Below, one piece after another: positions 38,837 through 51,776 of a stretch of 64,000 nt of DNA. Position numbers and translations under genes: made by a program. This DNA is from Octopus sinensis (taxonomy: Eukaryota): the NCBI RefSeq assembly GCF_006345805.1, contig NC_043002.1, forward strand, positions 4,278,001-4,342,000, in the 5' to 3' direction. Position 1 is the first letter of the stretch. Every line of letters starts with the position of its first letter. Under the pieces are notes generated by a model. The model saw only the letters and a list, made by a program, of their open reading frames with translations, made no database searches and was not told the DNA's origin.

Positions 38837-39645
38837 GTTTAATAATTTACATAAATGTATTGAACGCTCTTTAAGTCGATGCTTGCTTCTAAATTTTGCA
38901 TGATTTCACATTTTTACATAAGAGACACATACACATATTAGAAATATATCCATACATACGCACACACACACACACACACACAACACACACACACATGTAC
39001 ATATACATATGTATAGGTATATCTACAGCTAAACACATATGTCTCTCTCTCTGTCTCTGTCTGTCTGTCTCTCTATATTATATATGTATGTTTGCATGTA
39101 CGTCAGAGTGTGAGTGAGTGTGTGTGAGTGTGCGTGTATGTATATATATATGTACATTTGATATTTGATATATGAATGTATGAATATATATATATATATA
39201 TATATAATGTATATATATATATGTATATATATAATATGTATATATGTATACATATATGTATATATATATATATGTCTATATATATGTATATATATTATTA
39301 TGTATAATATATATCTAATGTATATAAGTATATATATATATATATATTATATATATATATACACTCACACACACACAAACATTAAAACACACGCATACAC
39401 ACACGTGTTTGCTCGAGTGTGCCTGACTCTATTGAGAACTAAACTGATCCTACTTGTAATAAATATTCACAACAAAAGAGTGGCAGAAGTGGATGATAAT
39501 CGCCATAAAAACGCTGCGTGCGCAACAACAGAGACTTGGAAGTGGTTGTGTATTTAGTGGAATCATCATTTCAGAGTCAGCCATGTTGTGGTGCGCTGAC
39601 TTAGGCATTCTTTTGCTGATGTGCTTCGGAGTGTGTGAGCGGGTC

Positions 39646-39717
<72 letters not shown>

Positions 39718-39797
39718 TGTGTAAGTGCGCAGCTATTCTTTTGCTGATGTGCTTGCGTGTATGTGTATGTGTGTGCGTGCGAGTGTATGTATGCATG

Positions 39798-39832
<35 letters not shown>

Positions 39833-40262
39833 GGATGTTTTGCGTTCTTGTCTCATTTTTGTATATATATATATAAGTATACATAGTCATGTATTATTAT
39901 CTCTACATACATGCATACATACATACATACATACATACATACATACATACATCTCATACATGCATGTATATTACATTTATGTATACGCACATATTGATAC
40001 CTATTCACACATAGATCAATGTAAACGTGTGCTGTGAGTATGTATGTGTGTGTGTGTGTGTACATGAATGCATATATATATATATATATAATATATTATA
40101 TATATAATATATATATATATATTAATATACACATACATACCCGTACAGACATGCTTATATTACATAAAGATTTTTCATGTATGTATAATGCACATATAAT
40201 GTATGTTATATATTGTATATCTCATAGGACGCGAGACAATATACCTATATCTGAATAGATAT

Positions 40263-40579
40263 TTTTTATTGTATAATGCCCCCTTTTCAAGCCTAACCAG
40301 GCTCATGGGCCCGGTTTCCCGGTTTCTGTGGCGTTTGTGTTTACCCCAGCTGGACGGGACGCCAGTCCATCGCAGCGTTACTCAAGAAACAGGAAGAAAG
40401 AGTGAGAGAAAGATGGGGCGAAAGAGTAGAACAGGGGCCGCCACCACCCCCTGCCGGAACCTCGTGGAGCTCTTTGATGTTTTCGCTCAATAAACACATA
40501 CAACGTCCGGTCTGGGAATCGAAACCGCGATCCTACGACCGCGAGTCCGCTGCCCTAACCACAGGGTCATTGCGCCTCC
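40263..40579 (-). mobile_element. SINE family C, tail type iii, 16-bp TSD
   Basis: Family C head; tail GCGATGGACTGGCGTCCCGTCCAG..CAGAAACCGGG; TSD ATATCTGAATAGATAT at 40247-40262 and 40580-40595. Confidence 0.9.
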
Positions 40580-40746
40580 ATATCTGAATAGATATAGACA
40601 AAAATAATAGAGGATGGTCAAGGATGGACTTCTTTTGAACACAGGGCTGTTTGTTAGTGAGGGCTAACCTAGGGCAAACAACAACAACAACAACGACGAC
40701 GACGTCGACGACAACAACAACAACCACAACGGCCGCAGGAGCAAGT

Positions 40747-41120
40747 GGAGGCGCAATGGCCCAGTGGTTAGAGCAGCGGACTCGCTGTCGGAGGATCGTG
40801 GTTTCGATTCCCAGACCGGGCGTTGTGTGTGTTTATTGAGCGAAAACACCTAAAGCTCCACGAGGCTCCGGCAGGGGGGTGGTGGTGGCGACCCCTGTTG
40901 TACTCTTTCTCTCACTCTTTATTCCTGTTTCTTGTCCCCGACTTCCTACGCAACCGCTGAGCCTGGATGCGCATTCATCCATCCGTCGATGCTCTCGGTG
41001 TTGGGGGTTGATCTGCGTTCTCTTCTGCGGGTCTTACGAATAGCAAAAGGACCACGTTTCGGACTTCTCCCACTGCAGAGGCGCGATCTTGCGAGCTCTG
41101 GGGCGAAGACCGCTTCGCTC
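40747..41120 (+). mobile_element. SINE family C, tail type ii, full length
   Basis: Aligns to 62379-62762; ends GCGAAGACCGCTTCGCTC then AAC/AGC triplets. Confidence 0.9.
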
Positions 41121-41124
41121 AACA

Positions 41125-41356
41125 GCAACGGTAACAACCACAACGGCAGCAACAGCAACAACAACAATCTTTATAATTTTATGATCATCAATCTCCGCCT
41201 CTTCGTTAATGCCATCATATTCATCATCATTGTAGTTATCAATACCATCATCATCGTCATCATCACCATCACCATTGGCATCATCATCACCATTGTCATC
41301 ATCATCATCATCGTCATCATCATCATCGTCATCACCACCACCACCACCACCATCAC

Positions 41357-41389
<33 letters not shown>

Positions 41390-41397
41390 AATCGTCG

Positions 41398-41428
<31 letters not shown>

Positions 41429-42260
41429 CATCATCATCACCCTTGTCGTCATTGTCCACGATTCGTCGGTTGAATCATCACACCCTCCGCCATCTTTATC
41501 CTTTATCCCGGTCGCTCCTCGCCCGGATGTTTCTCCCTCATTATACACAACGTCTGTCACTTGGTTTGTTTTAATTACCCAGTCCGGCTGTTGCCATGGT
41601 CACATACTCACCTTAACGCATTGCATAACTCACAGGCTCCGAGCAGACTGACGAGTTATGCGGGGACGAAGATGGTGACGATGGTTGTGTTGGTGGTGGC
41701 AGTGGTGGTGGTGGTGATGTTGGTGAAGAAGCAGCTGGTGGTGGTGGAGGTGGTGGCGAGGAGGAAGAGAAAGAAAACGCAGACGAAGAAGTAGAAGAAT
41801 TTAGATGATGATGATGATGACGACGACGACGACGATGCTGAGATGATGCTGGTGATGCTGGTGATGATGATGATAGGAATTTGTTGTCTACAACGGATGA
41901 GTTTGTTATAAGGAAGATGGCGACGCCGCCGACGACGGCAGACGACGACGGCAGACGACGACGGCAGACGACAACGCTGCTTCAGCTGATGGTCATGTGA
42001 TGACAACGACGACGACGACGATAGTGGTGGTGGTAGCGGTGGCGGCGGCGGCGGCGATTTTGCTAATGATGATGATGACGACGACGACGACGGAGGTGGT
42101 GGTGGTGATGCTTTTTGTTGTGCTGCTGCTGCTGCTGCTGATTATGATGGCGACGGTGGTGCCTCTGGGGATCGTGCTTATGATGATAATGATGTTAATG
42201 AGGGCGACGGTGGTGATGCCGCTTACGATAATGATGATAATAATGATGATGGCGATTGGT
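41125..42260. repeat. mixed triplet repeats (CAT, GAT, GAC, GGT)
   Basis: Directly visible. Confidence 0.85.
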
Positions 42261-43118
42261 AATTGTCATATGTTGCTCGTACTCACTGACTGGGCGAGTT
42301 GATTGGTTGGCTGTCCGGCTATCATGTTGTCCGGCTGGCTGGCTGGTTGCCAGTCAGGCCGAGCAGGCGAGAAGGCGGGACTATTGGAAGCGTGTTAAAT
42401 CGGACGTAAGTATTTCAAGCAAGTTAATGGGACCTTATTGACTGTTTTCAATTGTCACCGAGTACGTTGTCAGTATAAATAGGATTTACTTCTTTTTCAA
42501 CCATTTGAGGTTTAGCATATTCAATAGTCGCCGAACGCACCCCACCCCGCTCCACGCCGACCCACACACGCATAGAAAAAACAACACATACCCTGAAAGA
42601 TATACTGACACACACCCGGGCACACGCATACTTATATATATATATATATTATATATATAAATATACACGTACACACAAAAAGAAAAAGTAACTCCACCAC
42701 AACGGCAGTAAAATGAGAGATTAATCGATATATGTATGTGTGTGTGTATGTTCATGTATACATAGATATACATATGTATAATATTCATAATATATATATA
42801 TATATACATACATATACTCACATACATATATATATGCACATACACATACATATATATATATATATAACAATATATATATATATATATATATACACGCACA
42901 CACACTCACACACACACTCACACACCCATACACACACACACATATATATATGTATATTTCCAAGTAAGTATATATATATATATATATATATTGTATGTTT
43001 GTGTATTTACACACACACAATACACACATATACACACATATGCATGTATGTATATATGTATATATATATGCATACTTTTGTGTATACATATCTTCTTTTG
43101 TAAACGTGTGCATGTCTG

Positions 43119-43158
<40 letters not shown>

Positions 43159-43505
43159 AAAAAAAAAAAAAAGAAATATAAAATGTGACTTCATTGACCG
43201 AGGTTACCGTGGTCTTTTCCGTAGGCTTTTCTTTCCACGGGTAAACCTCACCTGTCCTCCCCTTTACACTTCATATTGACATTTCTGTGATAACGATCCC
43301 TATTGATCAATTTTTTTTTCCTCTCCCCCTTTTTTTTTTTTTAACCCCCCCTTCTTTTTGTCCTCTTTCTCTCCTTTTACGATCCCTTTTGATCGAAACT
43401 CCCCCTTCCTTTTTTTTTTTCTTTTTTTTTAAACCTTCAAAAGAAAAGCTCTACCTTGTAATTTGTTCTATCTGTGTGCAGCCCTGTGTGGCTAATAAAG
43501 AAACA
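43159..43505 (+). mobile_element. Tx1 3' UTR-only copy inside a (TATC)n array
   Basis: Near-identical to about 35036-35373; (TATC)n at 43121-43158 and 43506 to about 43710. Confidence 0.95.
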
Positions 43506-43690
<185 letters not shown>

Positions 43691-43940
43691 ATATCTATCT
43701 ATATATCTATACACATATATTCATGCATACACGCACACAATATATATGCTGTATGTGTCCGTGTTTTTAGATTGTGGCCACCTCTAGAGGGAGCTTTTGC
43801 TTATCAATTCCAATTAAGGACCCGGATCTACGTTACAGCAGTTTTGCGATTGTCAACATTCCAAGTTTTTTGCCGTAAAGTTATACGCATGAGAGAGAGA
43901 GGAATATATATATGCATATATATATATATTCATATATATA

Positions 43941-44331
43941 CTCTTTTACCCTTTTACTTGTTTCAGTCATTTGACTGCGGCCATGCTGGAGCATCGCCTT
44001 TAGTCGAGCAAATCGACCCCGGGACTTATTCTTTGTAAGCCCAGTACTTATTCTATCGGTCTCTTTTGCCGAACCGCCATGTGACGGGGACGTAAACACA
44101 CCAGCATCGGTTGTCACGCAATGTTGGGGGACAAACACAAACACACACACACACGCATATTTATATATATGCATATATACGACAGGCTTCTTTCAGTTTC
44201 CATCTACCAAATCCACTCACAAGGCATTGGTCGGCCCGGGGCTATAGCAAAGACACTTGCCCAAGATGCCACGCAGTGGGACTGAACCCGGAACCATGTG
44301 GTTGGTTAGCAAGCTACTTACCACACAGCCA

Positions 44332-44334
<3 letters not shown>
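43941..44334 (-). mobile_element. SINE family A, full length, young
   Basis: High identity to 1566-1985. Confidence 0.9.
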
Positions 44335-44377
<43 letters not shown>

Positions 44378-44378
44378 A

Positions 44379-44467
<89 letters not shown>

Positions 44468-44503
44468 ATAATATTATATATATATATATATTATATATAT
44501 ATA

Positions 44504-44556
<53 letters not shown>

Positions 44557-44614
44557 TATATGTTATAATATATATATATATATAATATATATATATATAT
44601 TATATATATATATA

Positions 44615-44654
<40 letters not shown>

Positions 44655-45134
44655 TACATACACACGGTTTTCGGTTAACCAAAGTTCATAGGCTGTCCAA
44701 AATTTTGACATGAAATGTTAAGTTTATTTTTCGATATGTGACTCCGTGCTATCCACAAACACCCTTCTTTCATCTGCATTGCAGATCTTGGATCCTATTC
44801 GTGAAGAAGCTTTCATCCTGTTGGTGAAAAAAGCCATGAACAGCAGACATGATACTCCGGTTTGAGCGGTTTCACAAGTAGGTGAATAACTAATACTAGA
44901 ATGCCGCTGGTATAAACAACGAAATGAGAACAATCTAGCCGTGTAAATTAAAAACAAAAAAAAAAGACAAAACAGTTCGGTTTGAAATTCCGTGAACTTT
45001 ACGGAATACGACAGGCACCAGAAGACGACAAGGGAGTACAACACTCGAAAGCATCGTCATCCAACGAGCGTAACTCTTGGATCTTGAGTCACTCTGTTAC
45101 TTCTGATAAATATTAATAAAAAATATACATATAC

Positions 45135-45590
45135 CCACTCCCTAGAGAGAAGACGAGAGAGGTATGCAGTAATATATGTCTGGAAGATCCTGGAAGGAAT
45201 TGTGCCAAATTTTGGCATTGTAAGCTACACCAATGCTAGAACGGGACGACCCTACATGGTGCCAAAGATCCCAGCAATGCCATCACGCTTCAGGACCAGC
45301 TTCTGCAACAGCCTGGGTTTCAGGGGCCCACAGATTTTTAATATTTTCCCAAAGAGTCTGAGGAACTTGCACAAAGTAGATGTAGCAGTTTTTAAATCAA
45401 AGCTGGACATCTTCCTGTCGAGAATCCCAGATGAGCCTACCTCACGGCAAGAGGTGCAAATGAGAGTAGCTATGTCAAACTCCATTCTTCACCAAGTGCC
45501 ACACATTAGAGGAGGTTCTTCGTAATAACAGTGTAGCACAAAACGGCGGTGCATCAGCATGGCCGCAGCTCTAAGCTGAAACAAGCAACC
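45135..45590 (+). mobile_element. L2/CR1-group LINE 3' end
   Basis: SLERRRERYAVIYVWKILEGIVPN..GPQIFNIFPKSLRN..FKSKLDIFLSRIPDEP..SNSILHQ* then a short tail. Confidence 0.8.
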
Positions 45591-46664
45591 CCCCCAACCC
45601 TATAGTTTGAGTTCTATTTTTCCTGTTTGCATCAACATGCATATATATATATATAATACTACATGTACTACATGTAATACTACATGTACTTTTCATATTT
45701 TTTATAGTGTGATGTAACTCTTTGGAATAACAATGTTTGCGGCTGAAGAGAGCTTTAAACCATCTTTTATATCAATTATACACTGATGAATGAAAGGGGT
45801 CGTTTATAAAGCTTGAAACACGTGTACTGCGATATCCTTTGTGTTCTGTTTTTGATTTTATTTGATATATTCTCTCTCAGCTCTGCCACTATCTGGCATA
45901 TAAAGGTGCTTACACTTATCAAGTATTCATCCTAAATTTATAGTACCTATATATATATATAGTTAAGCTTTTAGATTTAACACATGACAGCTAACCAACG
46001 TTTATATTCACTCTCCAATCATCCCAGAGCAATAGGAAAGTGTTTATGGTAGTATATAGTATCATAGTATTTCGACAAATAGAAATCGATAAAATGAATA
46101 TAGCGCCTGACTTGGTAAGGGCGACGGGAGTGTCTGTACAGGTCAAAGCATCTCTCTTTTCTCCAAATATTAACACACAAAAAGAAAAAATACAATTGTA
46201 TATCAGAGCAAAAAAAATAACAATCGCCCCACACGTAACGATATTGGGAGTTCTTTCGATACCAGCACAAATGACTGGAAGTAATTCAGCGGGCATCATG
46301 TCCACAAATACAATATGCTTTTGACATTTGTATTTTGTATCAGGCATTACCACCTTATCTAATAATTTTCTTTCATGCTCTGGATTTTTAACTAAACATT
46401 TCGTAAATAAATCGTTTAAATTTTTGGCGAAGACTTAGATATCATGTATGCATGTTTTCGATTTGTTTCTTTCGATAACACATACATACACGCACAAACA
46501 TACTCTCTCACGCATACGTATATATATGTATTCAATATATGCGCATGTGATCTTAGTTGAAATAATTGCCGTGTTCGTTTTACTTAGCAATCAATTGGCA
46601 TTTGTAATCTCTGAATGATATATTAAAATATCTGTAAAACCGATTTAATATTATTATTGATTCC

Positions 46665-46858
46665 AAGTATTGGCACAAGGCCAGCAGTTTTGGAGTGGGG
46701 GATAAATCGATTAAATCAACTCCAATGTTCAGCTGGTACTTATTTTATTGACTCCGAAAGGATGAACGGTAAAGTCGACCCCAGCAGAATTTGAACTCAG
46801 AACGTAAAGGCGGACGAAATGTCGCTAAGCATTTGGCCCGGTGTGATAACATTTCTTA
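46665..46858 (-). mobile_element. SINE family B, alternative tail, diverged
   Basis: Aligns to 13660-13858. Confidence 0.75.
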
Positions 46859-47070
46859 CTATTATCATTTCTAAAATATAGCCACGAAACACGTGTCGTT
46901 ATTCTATTAAATATAGACGTTTTATTTATTATTTTGCATATTACTTAATCATTGTTATATGTTTTATCTTATATTTAATCTTTCTATAATATGTAATTTT
47001 TCTAAATGGTATAATTTAATTTTTCATTATTGAATTGATAAAAGGTGATTTTTTTCTAATATATATATAT

Positions 47071-47310
47071 AGTGGTTGTATACTGTCAACATAACGTGAC
47101 AGTCTCGTAAAGGGAATTACACCACCGCTATTTGGCCCTAGTTCAGGTGCAAATCCTAGCTGGTGGGGGTGCTTACCTCCCCTTCGCAAATATAAGGACA
47201 CAAGAAATGTGTCAAAGCCGACAGGAAGCATTGATGCTTCCTAGGGCTAAATAGCGGTGAGTAATTCCCTTTACGGGACTGTCACGTTAAGTTGACAGTA
47301 TACAACCACT
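47071..47310. mobile_element. MITE-like element with about 70-bp terminal inverted repeats
   Basis: 47071-47141 is the reverse complement of 47241-47310 with a few mismatches. Confidence 0.75.
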
Positions 47311-47317
47311 CTATCGC

Positions 47318-47463
47318 TCCTTGGACAATGCATTGTTTCGACGTACTTTTTGGCAAACCAGCCTAATTAAATTAAATTAAATTTAATCAAGTCAATCTAA
47401 CACTGGCTCGTCTCATCGGCCAGGAGGAATAAATATTCCACGAAACAATGCATTGTCCAAGGA
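47318..47463. mobile_element. MITE-like element with perfect 23-bp terminal inverted repeats
   Basis: TCCTTGGACAATGCATTGTTTCG at 47318-47340; reverse complement at 47441-47463. Confidence 0.65.
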
Positions 47464-47610
47464 TGATTAGGGTAAATGTTTTAAATTTTCCTTTGATTTC
47501 TGAATTACTACTATTTAGCGGTTTGAGTTTGGCTGCTCTTTCTAGTGAGTCGAATGGCCTATCAGGGCCATTCCTTAATATTGTTGAAAAAAAAAAATAT
47601 ATATATATAT

Positions 47611-47732
47611 ACATGGTTCCGGGTTCAGTCTCACTGCATGGCACCTTGGGCAAGTGTCTTCTACTATAGCCTCGGGCCGACCATAGACTTGTGAGTGGAT
47701 TTGGTAGACGGAACAGAAAGAAGCCCGTCGTA
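47611..47732 (+). mobile_element. SINE family A fragment
   Basis: B-box and CORE-like part only. Confidence 0.75.
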
Positions 47733-47789
47733 CACTGGGCCGACCACGCATTAACACTGCCATAGCCTCGGACCCTACACTGCGACACT

Positions 47790-50050
47790 GTTTTGCTGTT
47801 TCTACCAAGGTTACCCTCAGTAGCTGCCCAACCTCCTCTGCTGAAATTAGGTGGAGTTATATCAGGGAAGCTTTGTATATCACATCAATAGATACTTTCG
47901 GCATGAGAGAAAGGCAAAACCCAGATTGGTTCAGTTATCGAAACGAAGCATGCAGCTCTGATGTAATACAGGAGTGATTCTTCTAAAAAGTCACTGGAAG
48001 AACTCAGAAAGGCAAGAAATAAAACCCAACTGACTGCCAGACGCTGTACAAACAGGTATTGGCTGGAAATCTGTCACAGTATCCAGTCAGCTGCTGACAG
48101 TGGCGACACCCGTGGGATATATGCCGGTTTGAAGAAGGCTCTCGGTCCATCCGCCACCAAGTCAACCCCTCTGAAATCAACTACTGGAGATCTCATCAAG
48201 GACCAAAGCAAGCAAATGGATAGATGGGCGGAGTACTACCAGTATCTCTACTCACGGGGGATCACGGTAGCAATCGACAGTGTCAAGATCTTGCCAGTCA
48301 TGTGTGAACTTGACAGTCTGCCATCTATAGCAGAGCTCACCAAAGGCGATTGACTCCCTAGCAAGTAACAAGGCTCCGGGAAAAGACGGCATCCCCTTAG
48401 AGATCATCAAACCCGGCAAAACACCATCCGCTTCATCAACATATGAGCTTCTGTGTCAGTGCTGGGAAGAGGTACAGTCCCTCAGGATATGCGGGATGCT
48501 AACATCATTACGCTTTACAAAAACAAGGTGACCGTGGTGATTGTAACAATTACCGTGGAATATCTCTTCTAAGCACTGTTGGAAAGGCCTTTGCTCACAT
48601 TATCCTGTCCAGGCTACAACTGCTTGCTTCTCGAATTTATCCAGAATCGCAGTGTGGCTTTAGAAGAAGCAGATCAACTTTTGACATAATATTCTCCATA
48701 CGCCAACTTCAGGAGAAGTCCAGAGACCAGAAAATGCCATTATATATGGCCTTCATTGATCTGACAAAGGCCTTTGACTTGGTAAGTAGAAAAGGCCACT
48801 TCATCCTGCTCCAAAAAATTGGATGTCCATCAAAGCTTCTGAGGATCATCACATCTTTCCATGATGATATGCAAGGCACCATACAGCACAACGGTTCAAC
48901 ATCAGCCGCCTTCCAAATATAAAATGGGGTAAAGCAAGGTTGTGTCCTTGCTCCTACATTATTTGGCATCTTCTTCTCGCTGCTGCTGTCACATGCCTTT
49001 GAGACATCAGATGATGGAGTGTTTCTGCACGGAAGAAGTGATGGGAAACTGTTCAATCTCTCGCGTCTGCTTGCTAAGACCAAAATCAGGAGCGTCCTGT
49101 TCAAGGAAATGCTATTTGCTGATGATGCCGCTCTGGTATCACACACATCAACTGTTTTGAGCAAGCATTTGGCAACTTTGGATTATTTATCAACCTCAAG
49201 AAGACCAACATCATGGAGTTGGAGAAGTTTACCTATCTTGGCTCTACCGTCACCTAAAACCTATCCCTTGATGCTGAGCTCAATATACGCATTGGCAAGG
49301 CAGCTGCTGTGATGGCCCAACTCTCCAAACGGGCATGGAACAACAATAAGCTGATCAAGACCACAAAATTGAAGATTTACCAGGTATGTGTACTTAGCAC
49401 TCTACTGTATGGAAGTGAGACTTGGACGCCATACACACGCCAAGAGCGTCGCCTAAATATCTTTCACCTGCGCTGCCTCCAGAAAATCCTTCGCATCAAA
49501 TGGCAGAATCATGTCCCCAACAAAGATGTCCTCAAGCAAGCAGGAATACCAAGCATATTTGCACTCCTCACACAAAGACGTATGAGATAGCTTGGACATG
49601 TTAACCGTATGGAAGATGGCAGAATCCCCAAGGACATACTCAACGGAGAGCTTGCTAGGGGCACTGGGTCTGTGGGAAGACCGTTTTTACGATACAAGGA
49701 TGTTTGCAAAAGGGACATGAATGCCTGCAATATCAATATTACCAACTGGGAAGCAGTTGCCATCAACCGTGGAGATTGGTGACGTACCGTAAAAGAGGGT
49801 ACACAAAGGAGTGACATAGAGAGAGAGGAGAAATGGAAAGACAAGAAAAGACGTCAACAAGAAAGTATGACATTAAAACCAGCCAGGCAAAGTCTTCGCT
49901 ACATTTGCGGGACCTGCCAGAGGTAGTGTTTGTCCAGGATAGGACTACACAGCCACAGCAGGAGATGTATTAGGACATGAAATGTAAAAGCCGGACTAGA
50001 TTATTTTATGCACAACTCCATTGTCTCCTGAGACAAAAAGGATGCCAACT
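47790..50050 (+). mobile_element. RTE-clade (BovB-like) LINE, 5'-truncated, heavily frameshifted
   Basis: RQNPDWF, KAPGKDGIP, NNYRGISLLS, ESQCGFRRSRS, MAFIDLTKAFDLV, GVKQGCVLAPTLF, LFADDAAL, LLYGSETW, C-terminal CxxC..H..; terminal hairpin TTGTCTC-CT-GAGACAA. Confidence 0.92.
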
Positions 50051-50350
50051 ACAATATATATGGATTTCGTAGACAGGAGCTGAAACAAATCAATTGTATA
50101 TATATATATATGTATGTATATATGTAAGTGTACGTGTGTGTCTTTGTCTCTGTGTTTCGCCCTCATCACTGCTTTACAACTGCTGTTCATTTATTTACAT
50201 CCACATAACTTACTGGTTTCACAAGAAGAAAATAATAGAATAAGTACCAGGCTTATCAACATGAAAAAGCACTAGGTTGTGTCTCATATTTTTCTTTGGC
50301 CACTCAGTTGTATCTACCAATTATATCTTTATGTGTGTTATATATTATAT

Positions 50351-50395
<45 letters not shown>

Positions 50396-51179
50396 ATATA
50401 GATAATATATATATATATATAATGTATATAATATATATAACACTCTAATAGGAGCCTTAACTCCGAAATTTTAGTCATTTCTTTTATGTTCCAAAATTAG
50501 GTCAAAGTTACTGAATGGATCTTTATGAAATTTGGAAATTATATTCCAAGCATAAGGGCCATAACCCCCATGACAATTCATATATTTTTGCTGTTGATGA
50601 AATGTTAACCATAGATATTAGACACAAATGAAGTAATATTTATAAAATTTCAACTTCTTACAAGTTAGAAAGACTCCTCCATGGGGACTTAACACCCACA
50701 ATTTTGTCATTTCATCTAAGCAAAGACGAATACAGCTGTACTCTTGGAAACTGTAGGGTAACCCGAGCATAAAAGATGAGCATTATTTGTAATTCAACGG
50801 TACAACAGTGTATATACCCTGAAGCGGTCTTCTTCCCTTATGGGGAATCGTCACCCTTTCTTCTATTTCTTAGTAAACTATCTGTCTGTCTCTAATAACT
50901 TCTAGCGCTAATCTTTTCGAAGATTTCAGAAAACAAAAAGGAAAATGATGAATGAAAAGTGGAAAAATTCAAGACTTAACACCCACAATTTTGTCATTTT
51001 ATCTAAGCAAAGACGAATACAGTTGTACTCTTGGAAACTGTAGGGTTTAATTGATTAAAGTACTCTCAGCTTGTCGCCTGGTGTTAAAAGCCATTATCTA
51101 CAGCAAAACGTCTTTGGCAAGAATGTACTGTGAGACACAATACGATTGACATAGAAAGTTTAGATAATAACAGCCACCA

Positions 51180-51252
51180 GCCGAAATAGCTCAGTTGGGA
51201 GAGCGTTAGACTGAAGATCTAAAGGTCCCTGGTTCAATCCCGGGTTTCGGCA
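51180..51252 (+). tRNA. trnF-GAA: tRNA-Phe (GAA), intact
   Basis: GCCGAAATAGCTCAGTTGGGAGAGCGTTAGACTGAAGATCTAAAGGTCCCTGGTTCAATCCCGGGTTTCGGCA, 73-nt cloverleaf; T6 terminator at 51269-51274. Confidence 0.98.
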
Positions 51253-51703
51253 TCCGGTGGCTGGACTGTTTTTTATTCTTATTCTATTTTCGCTTGAAAT
51301 TTGCTTTTGACCTGAAGAACTAATCGTTTCATTGATACTTTTTCGACCCAGGTTCCAGCTATTTCACCTAGCTTGTCTGGCAAACATTAGATTTCCTCTG
51401 AAGATACAAGGATCCAGGCGCAAAGTGGGCGAAAAGTGGGTTCAGAAATCATTTGATACTCTTACGAGTCAGAAAGACATCAGGTTTTACATATATGGAA
51501 GAAACACTCGAAAATTATCTAACGTATTTTAAAAATCTAATGTTTGCCAGACAAGCTAGGGGAAATAGCTGGAATCTGGAAGCGAAGATGAGTCGAATCC
51601 GATATGAAATGAAAGACGAATAAAATCATTGAAAGGAAAGGGTCTTCGTTCCTAAAATTAAGTTTGAACGAAAAGAGAATCTAGTAACAGACCAGTTACT
51701 AGA

Positions 51704-51776
51704 TGCCGAAACCCGAGATTGAACCAGGGGCCTCTAGATCTTCAGTATAACGCTATCCCCACTGAGCCATTTCGGG
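51704..51776 (-). pseudogene. tRNA-Phe (GAA) pseudogene
   Basis: 8 substitutions versus the intact copies, including G1C, G22T, G30T and C61T in the B box. Confidence 0.9.
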
